64,000 bases of DNA. It comes from a virus. Taxonomy: Duplodnaviria; Caudoviricetes. The stretch spans positions 5,612 to 69,611 of IMG/VR virus record IMGVR_UViG_3300021431_004532; one strand, written 5' to 3'. Within the stretch, counting starts at the first letter, position 1. Each line of letters begins with the position of its first letter. The notes beneath the pieces are model-generated. The model made no database searches, was not told the origin of the DNA, and saw only the letters and a program-made list of their open reading frames with translations. The translations under genes were made by a program, and so were the position numbers. Below, one piece after another: positions 8,768-17,194 of the stretch.

Positions 8768-9733
8768 ATGTCGACAGGCTATATAAAGTTATATCGTTCT
8801 TCGCAAGATGACCCACTCTACATGAAGGAAGCCTTCACCAAGTGGCAAGCATGGTGTGACTTGATACTGTTAGCATACTTTGCGCCAGCCGAGTTTTTTG
8901 TCAGAGGTGTCCGTGTAAAAGCCAAGAGAGGCTGTGTATACAAAGGTGTCCTTGAACTCGCAGATAGATGGAAATGGAGCCGTGGAAAGGTAGAGAGATT
9001 TCTTTCGTACCTTGAAACGGACAAGAGAATAAGCATACAGAAAAGTCACGTAATTAGCTGTGTGTCAATACTTAACTATGACAAGTATCAGCAAAACGAG
9101 TCAACAAACGAGACAACAGATAAGACAACAAACAGGTCAACAAACGAGTCAACATATAAGAATATAAAGAAGAATAAGAAGAATAATATATTATCTTTAC
9201 CCGAGTCGCAAAATTGCGACATCGGTTTGGATGATGAGCCTGATATTCTCCAGCAGTTGTTAGAGAAGGTTGATTCTCTCAGCAAACGTGTTGAAGAAAT
9301 GGATTCCACACCTAAGAAGCAAACGAAGAAGCAAGTAAACCCTCTCATCACGTTGGGAAGACAAATCTTCGAGGAAAGGTATTCCAGTCTGTTTGACGGA
9401 GGTGTCTATTACTGGCAGGCAAAAGATGCCGTAGCGATGGACTCGCTTACAAAGAAGATAAAGCATTCTAGGGAGCAGAGAGGAATGAGTGTAGAGAATG
9501 ATGATATAGTGTCAGGTCTGAAAGCATTCATCGATTCGATTTCGGACCAGTGGATTCTCAGGAACTTCAGCGTGACGAATATCAATAGCAAGTATAACGA
9601 AATTGTCGCACAAGCAAAATCAACATTGAAAGAAAATGGCAGAAAAGTTAGCAGTACCAGAGAAGATAGGGTTAGAGACGCAGCCAGCGTTATCGCCATT
9701 CTTGAGGCAGAGGAAAGCGGAAATCCTCAGTAA
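8768..9733 (+). CDS. Phage replication initiator (replisome organizer) with internal iterons
   Basis: MSTGYIKLYR N-terminus and winged-helix region, followed by 12-bp repeats and an A-rich tract, lambda O-like layout. Confidence 0.75.
   Translation: MSTGYIKLYRSSQDDPLYMKEAFTKWQAWCDLILLAYFAPAEFFVRGVRVKAKRGCVYKGVLELADRWKWSRGKVERFLSYLETDKRISIQKSHVISCVSILNYDKYQQNESTNETTDKTTNRSTNESTYKNIKKNKKNNILSLPESQNCDIGLDDEPDILQQLLEKVDSLSKRVEEMDSTPKKQTKKQVNPLITLGRQIFEERYSSLFDGGVYYWQAKDAVAMDSLTKKIKHSREQRGMSVENDDIVSGLKAFIDSISDQWILRNFSVTNINSKYNEIVAQAKSTLKENGRKVSSTREDRVRDAASVIAILEAEESGNPQ
9099..9158 (+). repeat. Five 12-bp iterons (RGWCAACADAYR), probable replication origin
   Basis: agtcaacaaacg agacaacagata agacaacaaaca ggtcaacaaacg agtcaacatata, then AT-rich DNA. 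Confidence 0.7.
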
Positions 9734-10232
9734 GTACAATAAGAGGGAAAGTTTCCTGCAAGCCTACAATCCTGATTTGCAGATGAAGATATGCAAAGAT
9801 AAGATTGCATGCTTTGTATCTACCTCTCCTAACCTAAGAGAGCTTAATGTGTCTTATGGGGATATGACAGCCGCTATATGGCTCACCCCTCAACTATACA
9901 ACCTGTCGGAGTTTTGTGGCTGTAAGGAGAAACTAACAGGAAACTCCCTGAAAGAATGCGCTCATGTGATAGCATCGGAGTTTGCATTTCTTAAAGTGAC
10001 AGAGCTGATGTTATTCTTCTACTGGTTCAAGTCTGGCAAGTATGGGAAGTTCTATGGATCTGTTGACCCTCTCACGATTACGTTGTCACTGAGGACATTC
10101 TTAGACGAGCGTGTAGCCATACTGGCAGATATACGCAGAAAGGAAGAGGACAGAATCAGGGAGGAAGGTAGAAAGAATGCGATAAGCAGGGAAGAGTATT
10201 TACGCAGAAAAAAGAATAACGAAATAAAGTAA
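9636..10232 (+). CDS. Replication-associated protein (putative helicase loader, DUF6633-like)
   Basis: Follows initiator; LKVTELMLFFYWFKSGKYGKFYGSVDP motif. Confidence 0.55.
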   Translation: MAEKLAVPEKIGLETQPALSPFLRQRKAEILSKYNKRESFLQAYNPDLQMKICKDKIACFVSTSPNLRELNVSYGDMTAAIWLTPQLYNLSEFCGCKEKLTGNSLKECAHVIASEFAFLKVTELMLFFYWFKSGKYGKFYGSVDPLTITLSLRTFLDERVAILADIRRKEEDRIREEGRKNAISREEYLRRKKNNEIK

Positions 10233-10237
10233 CGAGC

Positions 10238-10402
10238 ATGGCAAACAATATAGACGATTTTATTCCGATTAAAAGTGTCGGAGAAGAGGTGGTTAATTAC
10301 CATTGCCCTATGGGTGGTTTTTGGTTTAGGAGCCCCATGTGTCGTTCCTGCTCAAACTACGAAACGGAAGATGATAAGTGTTATTGCCTTGCAGGCAGGT
10401 AA
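10238..10402 (+). CDS. Small Cys-rich protein (54 aa, below ORF-track cutoff)
   Basis: Manual translation MANNIDD...HCPMG...CRSCS...KCYCLAGR fills the gap between genes. Confidence 0.45.
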   Translation: MANNIDDFIPIKSVGEEVVNYHCPMGGFWFRSPMCRSCSNYETEDDKCYCLAGR

Positions 10403-10413
10403 ACAAAAGTATT

Positions 10414-10719
10414 ATGACGGACAAGAAATTTGAAGAGGCAGTGAACCTCAAGAATGATATTCTCGTAGTAACGAAACAACTGGAGACGATAGACAATCTG
10501 TTTGCTGCATGGAACAAGATGCATCAGAAGAGCGAGTACGATTTCGATTTCCACTATGTAGACCGCAAGAAGGAGTGGGAATTGATTGGCAAGATGGCAG
10601 AAGAGTTTGACGAAGTACGAAAAGAAATCACATATAGTGTGCCACGCACTTTAAGAAGTGTTGAAACTATGTTGAGGAACAGGCTTGCTGATTATAACAA
10701 AAGATTTTCAAAGTTGTAG
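10414..10719 (+). CDS. Hypothetical protein
   Basis: ORF; likely start MTDKKFEE. Confidence 0.5.
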   Translation: MTDKKFEEAVNLKNDILVVTKQLETIDNLFAAWNKMHQKSEYDFDFHYVDRKKEWELIGKMAEEFDEVRKEITYSVPRTLRSVETMLRNRLADYNKRFSKL

Positions 10720-10722
10720 GAT

Positions 10723-11019
10723 ATGAAAAAGAAAATGAAATACAAGCGTGAGCATTTTGATACAGACGAGGATTTCAAAAGGTTCTGCAAAGGCAACTCT
10801 GAACGTATATTACGTTGGTTGAAAAAAACAGAGGAGAAAAATCCTGAGAAGAGAGAACGCAGGCTTTTGAGGCAGAGGCTGTATTCCAGGTACTATTGCA
10901 GAATGGACTACAGACACACCTTCAGTGACTGGATGAAGGAGAAATATGGTGTGGCTGACATTAAAACCTTGTCCGTTGAAGAACTGAGGGGTTTATGTGA
11001 GCAAAAGTTAAATCTTTGA
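10723..11019 (+). CDS. Hypothetical basic protein
   Basis: 98-aa ORF. Confidence 0.5.
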   Translation: MKKKMKYKREHFDTDEDFKRFCKGNSERILRWLKKTEEKNPEKRERRLLRQRLYSRYYCRMDYRHTFSDWMKEKYGVADIKTLSVEELRGLCEQKLNL

Positions 11020-11128
11020 TTAACAGCGTTTTAGCAAGAAAATAATGGTTGAAATCCTTGCATATTTGCTAAAAAATGACTACCTTTACACTATAATTAA
11101 AGAAACACTAAAAAAAGTAAGAGCAATG
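11003..11128 (+). promoter_or_regulatory. Class B promoter module copy 1
   Basis: AAAAGTTAAA at 11003, TACCTTTACACTATAA at 11081, AAGAGCAATG at 11119. Confidence 0.75.
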
Positions 11129-11506
11129 GAAAAGAAACAAGAAATCGAGATTTTGCAGTCCCTCAAGGGTGACACCTACTTCGCAGACTTTTTCGGAAAT
11201 CATGACATCGACCAGATGTGTGAGAACATCAAGAATGATTTCGGTCTGGAATACTGCTGTCAGTTCAATCAGAAAGCAGCAATCCTTGAGAGTCAGGTCA
11301 AGGAAGAAAAGAAACAGGCTCTGGAAAATCAGCAGAGGTTTGTGAAAGGTCTGATAGAGGACTTTGAAGGAAACATACCACCTCAAATTTATGATCGCCT
11401 GGTCGATGCGTCAGGTGTGTTGTTTATTATCAACTTTAAGCGAGAGAAAGGGTATCAGCTGACTGATTGGGAAATAGACTGGCTGGTTAAGAAAGCAAAT
11501 ATGTAA
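11126..11506 (+). CDS. Accessory island 1 hypothetical protein
   Basis: Starts at AAGAGCAATG; MEKKQEIEIL. Confidence 0.6.
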   Translation: MEKKQEIEILQSLKGDTYFADFFGNHDIDQMCENIKNDFGLEYCCQFNQKAAILESQVKEEKKQALENQQRFVKGLIEDFEGNIPPQIYDRLVDASGVLFIINFKREKGYQLTDWEIDWLVKKANM

Positions 11507-11555
11507 GGTAACGGGAGGTGTAACCGACCTCCCACATTTAAGAAACGTAAGAGCA

Positions 11556-12131
11556 ATGAAAGATTTGAAGAAAATGAAGAGCGAATTCGAAAAGAAATTG
11601 AAGTTCGCAGAAAAGGAAAATCAACTGGAAGAAAGATTTGGTTGTCAGTTCCTTGTGTTTGAACGCTACAAAGCAGACGGTGCAAGAATTTATGCAAAGG
11701 AGATAGATTTGCATATTGCGTCAGAACTGCTGAAAGCTTTCCCTGCTGACGAGGAAGTGCCATTAGATACGTCAGCGAGAAATCCGAAAGGAAATGTAAA
11801 GGGTTTGTATCATGCAAGAACAGAAAGAGGTTTTAGGGATTCCTATACTAAGTTGCGTATAGAATGGTTACACAAAGGAGATGAGTACGACTTTGATGTC
11901 AGGATTGATGGCAATGAAAGACTTGAACGCTTCTTTGTTAATGACCAGCGCAAAATGACCAGTTCCGAATGTGAAACCTACAGACCCCTGAGACGTGGTC
12001 ACATTGTTAGAGACATGGATTTGCCGATTAAGAGATTCCTCTGCAATCAAATAGAGTATCAAGGCGGTTACAGGTCTGCAACGGAACCTGAGAGAATAAA
12101 GGAAATTATAGACGCAATCAAGGAGGTTTAG
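11556..12131 (+). CDS. Accessory island 1 hypothetical protein
   Basis: Starts at AAGAGCAATG; hairpin GGGAGGT/ACCTCCC upstream (11513-11533). Confidence 0.6.
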   Translation: MKDLKKMKSEFEKKLKFAEKENQLEERFGCQFLVFERYKADGARIYAKEIDLHIASELLKAFPADEEVPLDTSARNPKGNVKGLYHARTERGFRDSYTKLRIEWLHKGDEYDFDVRIDGNERLERFFVNDQRKMTSSECETYRPLRRGHIVRDMDLPIKRFLCNQIEYQGGYRSATEPERIKEIIDAIKEV

Positions 12132-12133
12132 TT

Positions 12134-12427
12134 ATGGCAAAGGTAAGAACAATCCAAGTGAAGAACGTAGACAATGTTTACACGGCATTCGTCTATCGTG
12201 GTTACTACTGCATCAAGGGCGGTGAGAGAGCATTTCACACCCCGAATATTCTGCGCAACAACAGCTGCGTTGACAACGTAGTAGATGATGATGAGTTTAA
12301 TATGGCTCATGGTCGTTTCGATACTCCAGAGTTTTTCAAGGAGGTGGTGGACGAGCACATCGAAGATGCAGAAAGGTCATACGGCTCTCTAAGGAAGTAC
12401 CTAAGAGCAATGATGGGAGATTTTTGA
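12134..12427 (+). CDS. Accessory island 1 hypothetical protein
   Basis: 97-aa ORF tightly spaced in operon. Confidence 0.5.
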   Translation: MAKVRTIQVKNVDNVYTAFVYRGYYCIKGGERAFHTPNILRNNSCVDNVVDDDEFNMAHGRFDTPEFFKEVVDEHIEDAERSYGSLRKYLRAMMGDF

Positions 12428-12457
12428 ATTAGTATTCACCATAAAAGTAATTGAAGT

Positions 12458-13129
12458 ATGGAATTTTTTAAGACAATCGCAGATTTTCTGCAAGACGGAC
12501 AGCAATTAAGTATTGCAATCAGGAAAAGCGGTGAGAATATCGCAGTAAGTATCTTACCTGACAATCGTGGAGTAAAAGACCAAGCAGTCAAGAATATCAC
12601 TCCACTGGTTATGAGTGGCACGGCTGAAGATTTCGAGCAGGGCTTCGAAGCTGCTCTCCAGCCTTTGGCTCAGGCTCAGGGTCTCGTTACCAATATCAAG
12701 GAGTTTGAAGAAAGCACCGAGAAAGCCAAGAAAGAGTCGGAAATGGCTAAGAAACTCAAAGACGAGGCAAGCAAGCAGAAGAAGGAGTTCAACGACCTCA
12801 TTGCCCTTGCTCGTAAGAATAAGGATGAGCATAAGTTCAAAGACGCTCGCTCCATTCTCGTCAAAGCCTCTGCCCTACCCTCTGCAGAGAAGTCTATCAT
12901 TGACAAGGTCAGCAAGGAGATTGACAGTGCTAGTGGCGTAGGCAATATGTTCGGTGGCGAGCAGGATATGAGTGACGGCAAAGATGTCGGCTCTGAGTCT
13001 ACGGAAGCACCAGCCACAACTCCTGCCCCTGACAAGAATGCTACTGAGGAAGCATTCAAAAAGGCTATGGAGCTTGAAGACGACGAGCCTGACACCAATG
13101 ACAATAACGATAACGAAGAGGAGGAATAA
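12458..13129 (+). CDS. PRTRC system protein E
   Basis: MEFFKTIA...LSIAIRK...VSILP...ITPLVMSGTAEDFEQGF N-terminus; upstream of Ub-like gene. Confidence 0.75.
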   Translation: MEFFKTIADFLQDGQQLSIAIRKSGENIAVSILPDNRGVKDQAVKNITPLVMSGTAEDFEQGFEAALQPLAQAQGLVTNIKEFEESTEKAKKESEMAKKLKDEASKQKKEFNDLIALARKNKDEHKFKDARSILVKASALPSAEKSIIDKVSKEIDSASGVGNMFGGEQDMSDGKDVGSESTEAPATTPAPDKNATEEAFKKAMELEDDEPDTNDNNDNEEEE

Positions 13130-13131
13130 GT

Positions 13132-13341
13132 ATGGCACTTAATGTAACAGGAATGAAGAGAGTGTTCAAGTATGGCAATCGAACACTTGAAGACCCAAGT
13201 AAGAATATGACACCTGACGAGGTAATGCAGTTCTATTCTGCAACCTACCCAGAACTGACCACAAGCAATGTGCATGGTCCAAAGATGGAGGGTGACAAGG
13301 CTGTCTATGAGTTCAAGACCACTGTAGGAACCAAAGGATGA
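13132..13341 (+). CDS. PRTRC system protein C (prokaryotic ubiquitin-like)
   Basis: RVFKY...LEDP...MTPDEVMQFYSATYPELTT...FKTTVGTKG ending in Gly. Confidence 0.9.
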   Translation: MALNVTGMKRVFKYGNRTLEDPSKNMTPDEVMQFYSATYPELTTSNVHGPKMEGDKAVYEFKTTVGTKG

Positions 13342-13348
13342 GTAAGCA

Positions 13349-14536
13349 ATGCAAATCAGAGGAACAGTTAACACCATTCCACAATGCCCTGTATTCAATC
13401 ATAGAGAACGAAGAGCATCAATGGTACAGAGTAAGAGAGCAGGAGCAACAGCCGTTGCTCCCTCCCTCTGCACCTCTGCTTTTCTGACACAGAAGATACA
13501 GCCTATAACATCTGACGAAAGTAAGGTGGCATTGTATGGTTTCAATGTAACTGAAACCCATAAGTGGATTGCAGGGTGTTGCAAACGCTTTCTTGAAACA
13601 ATAGGCATGAAGTATGATTACAAGTGCAATACTCGCCATACAAAGCCGATAATGCTCTTGGATATAATAGAATACTTCGAAAAGAAAATAGAGCCTCTTG
13701 GACTATCTCTCTCGATACGCAAGGAGGAAGAAGAAAATGACAACGAGGTTCTGAAATGTGTCGTCTATAGATATGGAAGTGAAATGGAATTGAGCATACC
13801 TGTCTTTTATTGTTGCCCTGCAGAATATCTGTCTCCTGAAGGAGCAGATTTGTATAAGCATTTCATCAAGTATGTATCAGACAGAACTAGGATAGACATC
13901 GGAGTTAAGGAGTATACTGATAACTATTATCTCGGTATGTTGAGTGACATTTATCAAGACACCTGTTGTCAGGAAGAAGATGACGTCCAGTTCGGTATGG
14001 TAAAGCATTACTGCAATAACGGCAAGTTCAGACCTCTGCTGGATGAGATAGATGCACTACCAGTATATGAGGGGAAATACTTTAAGACGTTACTGGAAGA
14101 ATATCGCCACAAATGCCCGTCTGAAGAGCATGATTTGGTCGAATGCATGATAGACGGCATAGATGTAGTAAAGGACCTAAACAGGCATTGGTTTGATTTT
14201 GACCCTGACAATGACGGAATGCCTAATGCCAATGGGTACGTTGAAGACGTAAACAGTTCAAGCGGTGTAATGGCATCAGCAATCCTTTACTCGGAAAATG
14301 ATGGATTGTGTGACGAAATGCTTGATATGATAAACGGAGACGCTGATTCTGGTCTTAACATCACGACATGGAATATCTGTCAGTATTTGACACCAAAGTT
14401 GAAGAAGTCACATATAAAAGAGTTCGTGAGGTGCAAGGATTTAGTGAGAGATTTCAAAGAATGGTTAGACAAGTTTTATAATGCCTCAGGTAAATTTGAT
14501 AGATATGGGGAACCTGAAGAATGTACTGAGCAATGA
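13349..14536 (+). CDS. PRTRC cassette protein (protein F position), function unknown
   Basis: 395-aa ORF between Ub-like and E2-like genes; identity from position only. Confidence 0.45.
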   Translation: MQIRGTVNTIPQCPVFNHRERRASMVQSKRAGATAVAPSLCTSAFLTQKIQPITSDESKVALYGFNVTETHKWIAGCCKRFLETIGMKYDYKCNTRHTKPIMLLDIIEYFEKKIEPLGLSLSIRKEEEENDNEVLKCVVYRYGSEMELSIPVFYCCPAEYLSPEGADLYKHFIKYVSDRTRIDIGVKEYTDNYYLGMLSDIYQDTCCQEEDDVQFGMVKHYCNNGKFRPLLDEIDALPVYEGKYFKTLLEEYRHKCPSEEHDLVECMIDGIDVVKDLNRHWFDFDPDNDGMPNANGYVEDVNSSSGVMASAILYSENDGLCDEMLDMINGDADSGLNITTWNICQYLTPKLKKSHIKEFVRCKDLVRDFKEWLDKFYNASGKFDRYGEPEECTEQ

Positions 14537-15206
14537 GTTGATAGCAACTTGTGCTTTGGTGTTCTACAAGAACAGCGTACTGAAAGGCGCCTATGTAGAA
14601 CGCAGAGAGATAAAAAATGGTGTCATGGGAGCAGGTAAGCCTCTCAATGTGGAAACACTGGCATCACTGTTAAAGACGGTAGAAAAGTTTGCAAAAGATT
14701 CCACCTCGATGGTTTCTCTTCATGGAGAGATACCAGAGAACCTTCTGTATGCAAGTACGAATATTGATACGTACAAATTGGTATGGTATAGGAAGCCTGA
14801 GAAGAGAATGCTTTATTTCTCTGATAAGTTATCGATACCGAATGGAGAAATGGAAGTGCCAGGACTTATTTATGTGGCTAACGGTTCTTCGTTGGATATG
14901 TATGCTTTCAAAGGCACCAAGCCGACCTCAAAATCAGTTTTGTATAACGCTCCGTTTTTTAACGTAGATGGCTATGTTTGTCTAGGCAACGGTAAGATGC
15001 AGAAGCCGAAGATTCAGTCATACAATAACTGGATGAAGTATTGGGAGGATATGTTTTGGAAAACGGAGTTTTCGCATATTCTTGGTGAGAATCCGATAAA
15101 AGGTAATCTTGCTCTCATAACAAAGGATTGCATACGCCACCACAAGCCGTTTCCTACCTCAGTCCTAGTGAAAACTGACAAGAAACTACAATCACTATAC
15201 AAGTAA
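14505..15206 (+). CDS. PRTRC system protein B (prokaryotic E2 family D)
   Basis: LVWYRKP...VPGLIY...LYNAPFFNVDGYVCLGN with conserved Cys. Confidence 0.85.
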   Translation: MGNLKNVLSNELIATCALVFYKNSVLKGAYVERREIKNGVMGAGKPLNVETLASLLKTVEKFAKDSTSMVSLHGEIPENLLYASTNIDTYKLVWYRKPEKRMLYFSDKLSIPNGEMEVPGLIYVANGSSLDMYAFKGTKPTSKSVLYNAPFFNVDGYVCLGNGKMQKPKIQSYNNWMKYWEDMFWKTEFSHILGENPIKGNLALITKDCIRHHKPFPTSVLVKTDKKLQSLYK

Positions 15207-15266
15207 AGATGATGTATAACAGTACAAGAGAATACAAACATGCAAAGAGATACTAAACACAGAACG

Positions 15267-16043
15267 ATGAAAAGAAAGCACTACGTTCACCAGTATATGT
15301 TAGACCCATGGCACCCATTGACTGTAGCATTGGTGGGGGTTGGTGGAACAGGTTCACAAGTTCTCACTTCGTTAGGTAGGATGAACTACGCTTTGAAACA
15401 GTTAGGTCACAATGGTCTGCACGTAACAGCGTACGATAACGACATAGTGACACCTGCAAACTGTGGCAGGCAGTTATTCTCTCCTGTAGAGGTCGGAAGG
15501 AATAAGGCTGAGGTTCTTATCAGCAAAGTTAATGCATTTTTCGGTACTGATTGGGACAGCGTTCCTAAGTTCTTCGATGAAACCACCGAACTTGCTAACA
15601 TCGTAATATCATGTGTTGATACGGTGAGTGCCAGAATGGTTATAGATAAGCGACTAAAAGAAGGCAATGTGTATTCACATATAGGAGATATGTTAAGATG
15701 CTATTATTGGCTGGACTTTGGAAATACGCAGAACACTGGTCAGGTCATATTAGGAACTGCATACGATTTCAAAGAAGACATGAAAATAAGAGGGAATGTA
15801 AGCAAGTTACGATGTGTGACAGATTTCTTCGATCTGTCTAAGGTTAATGAGAAAGACAGCGGACCAAGTTGCTCCCTTGCAGAAGCTCTGAGCAAGCAGG
15901 ATTTGTTCATCAACTCCACTCTGTCACAGATAGGCATGGCGATTATGTGGAAGATGTTCACGAAAGGTGTCCTCGAGACTCAGGGAGCGTTTCTGAATCT
16001 TGAAACAATGAAAGTAAACCCCATAAAGGTAGAGAAAGTATGA
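15267..16043 (+). CDS. PRTRC ThiF-family E1-like adenylyltransferase
   Basis: GVGGTGSQV, DNDIVTPANCGRQLF, GRNKAEVL, ISCVD, DFGN, PSCSLAEALSKQDLFIN. Confidence 0.9.
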   Translation: MKRKHYVHQYMLDPWHPLTVALVGVGGTGSQVLTSLGRMNYALKQLGHNGLHVTAYDNDIVTPANCGRQLFSPVEVGRNKAEVLISKVNAFFGTDWDSVPKFFDETTELANIVISCVDTVSARMVIDKRLKEGNVYSHIGDMLRCYYWLDFGNTQNTGQVILGTAYDFKEDMKIRGNVSKLRCVTDFFDLSKVNEKDSGPSCSLAEALSKQDLFINSTLSQIGMAIMWKMFTKGVLETQGAFLNLETMKVNPIKVEKV

Positions 16044-16336
16044 AGAAAGTTAAATTCAAAAATGCAATACGCATAGGTTACAATGTGACGGACATCATGA
16101 AACTAAGATGTGTCAACTATGTAACGAAGTGCCCGCCATTTATCGAAGGCAGATATGCCTACTACCTATACCCAGGATTGATGTGGGATTACAAAGAAGA
16201 CCTGAGTCATTGCTATATAGCGTGGACGGGTAACTGGCTATGCGAAGACACTAAAAATCTTTGGCACATTCTCACAAATGAAGAGTACGAGAAACATATT
16301 GAAGACAGTCAATGCAGTCAGCGAAATGTTAAATAA
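16040..16336 (+). CDS. Hypothetical protein
   Basis: Start overlaps ThiF stop. Confidence 0.5.
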   Translation: MKKVKFKNAIRIGYNVTDIMKLRCVNYVTKCPPFIEGRYAYYLYPGLMWDYKEDLSHCYIAWTGNWLCEDTKNLWHILTNEEYEKHIEDSQCSQRNVK

Positions 16337-16373
16337 ATCTTAAATTAAGCACTTTTGTGACAAAATGTGCTTT

Positions 16374-16403
16374 TATTTCAAACATTTTTTGTACCTTTGT
16401 AAA
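16374..16403 (+). promoter_or_regulatory. Class A promoter for the DUF488-tRNA-enzyme-terminase unit
   Basis: Identical to 8604-8633. Confidence 0.7.
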
Positions 16404-16420
16404 AGTTTAATAACATCATT

Positions 16421-16819
16421 ATGCAAATATATACGAGTTATTTTGCTAATTTAAGAGCATTGGGCAAAGAAGGTATAATGCCTATCAGTATTGCGAGATA
16501 TTCGCCCAAATGGTATAATGGACCACGATACACGCTGGTTTCTCCTACCAGTTACATGCTCTCGTCTTCATGCAGTCATGAGGAATACCTCAGGAAGTAT
16601 GCAGATATATTGAAGAGACTTGATGCCAAGCAGGTCATTCATGCAATCCAGACCATGGCAAACGGAAAAGATGTTGCCTTGTGTTGCTACGAGAAGCCTG
16701 GAGAGTTTTGTCATCGCCATTTACTCTCCGAATGGCTCAGGAAGAATGGCTTTGACGTCAATGAGTGGACTCCGAAAGAAACGAAGGAACAGGCTCAACA
16801 GCTTTCCCTGTTCGATTAG
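16421..16819 (+). CDS. DUF488-like protein
   Basis: IYTSYF...PISIAR...VALCCYEKPGEFCHRHLLSEWL. Confidence 0.75.
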   Translation: MQIYTSYFANLRALGKEGIMPISIARYSPKWYNGPRYTLVSPTSYMLSSSCSHEEYLRKYADILKRLDAKQVIHAIQTMANGKDVALCCYEKPGEFCHRHLLSEWLRKNGFDVNEWTPKETKEQAQQLSLFD

Positions 16820-16831
16820 GAGTTCCAAGTT

Positions 16832-16904
16832 AGAAGGTTGGCTGAGTGGATAGGCGACAGTTGAAAAAGGCTGTGTTACGATGGTTCGAGTCCGTCACCT
16901 TCTT
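16832..16904 (+). tRNA. Degenerate tRNA-like element 1 (TTGAAAA Phe-like loop in an expanded anticodon arm)
   Basis: 7-bp acceptor AGAAGGT/ACCTTCT; T-arm GATGG-TTCGAGT-CCGTC; ACAG/CTGT stem with a 10-nt loop. Confidence 0.5.
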
Positions 16905-16914
16905 CAAGACAAAG

Positions 16915-17001
16915 AGGTTAGTATCTTTTCTGCCAAAAAAGTAAAAGGAAATCGGATGTTAATGCCGATACAGAATGCAAGTTCGAGTCTTGCCTAATTT
17001 C
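16915..17001 (+). tRNA. Degenerate tRNA-like element 2 (GTT Asn-like, enlarged D and anticodon loops)
   Basis: Acceptor AGGTTAG/CTAATTT; T-arm GCAAG-TTCGAGT-CTTGC; ATCGG/CCGAT stem with a 9-nt loop ATGTTAATG. Confidence 0.4.
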
Positions 17002-17007
17002 AATGTT

Positions 17008-17078
17008 TAGCAGTTAGTTTAGCGGTAAAATACCAGATGCCTAATCTGGAGCCACGGGTTCGAATCCTGTACTGCGTC
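17008..17078 (+). tRNA. tRNA-like element 3 (loop TGCCTAA; Arg-CCT with G33, or shifted Gly-GCC)
   Basis: D-arm GTTT-AGCGGTA-AAAT; CCAGA/TCTGG stem; T-arm ACGGG-TTCGAAT-CCTGT; acceptor only 5 bp. Confidence 0.55.
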
Positions 17079-17099
17079 CTAATTCTACTAACAGACAAT

Positions 17100-17174
17100 G
17101 CGGAGATAGCTCAGTAATGTAGAGCGCTATCAGTTCCATGATAGAGGTCGAAGGTGCGGGTCCTTCTCTCCGCT
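17100..17174 (+). tRNA. tRNA-Gly(TCC)-like element with 8-nt anticodon loop and altered T-loop
   Basis: Perfect acceptor GCGGAGA/TCTCCGC; GCTC/GAGC D-stem; CTATC-AGTTCCAT-GATAG; T-loop TGCGGGT. Confidence 0.6.
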
Positions 17175-17194
17175 CTATAGTAAATCAGAATCCT

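Noticed and set aside
12403-12412. Ninth AAGAGCAATG motif
   Set aside because: Inside the 3' end of a CDS and not at a plausible gene start, so not counted as an sRNA target
17138-17194. N-terminal extension of the opine dehydrogenase ORF
   Set aside because: Overlaps the Gly-like tRNA element; the Rossmann fold starts at the ATG at 17195
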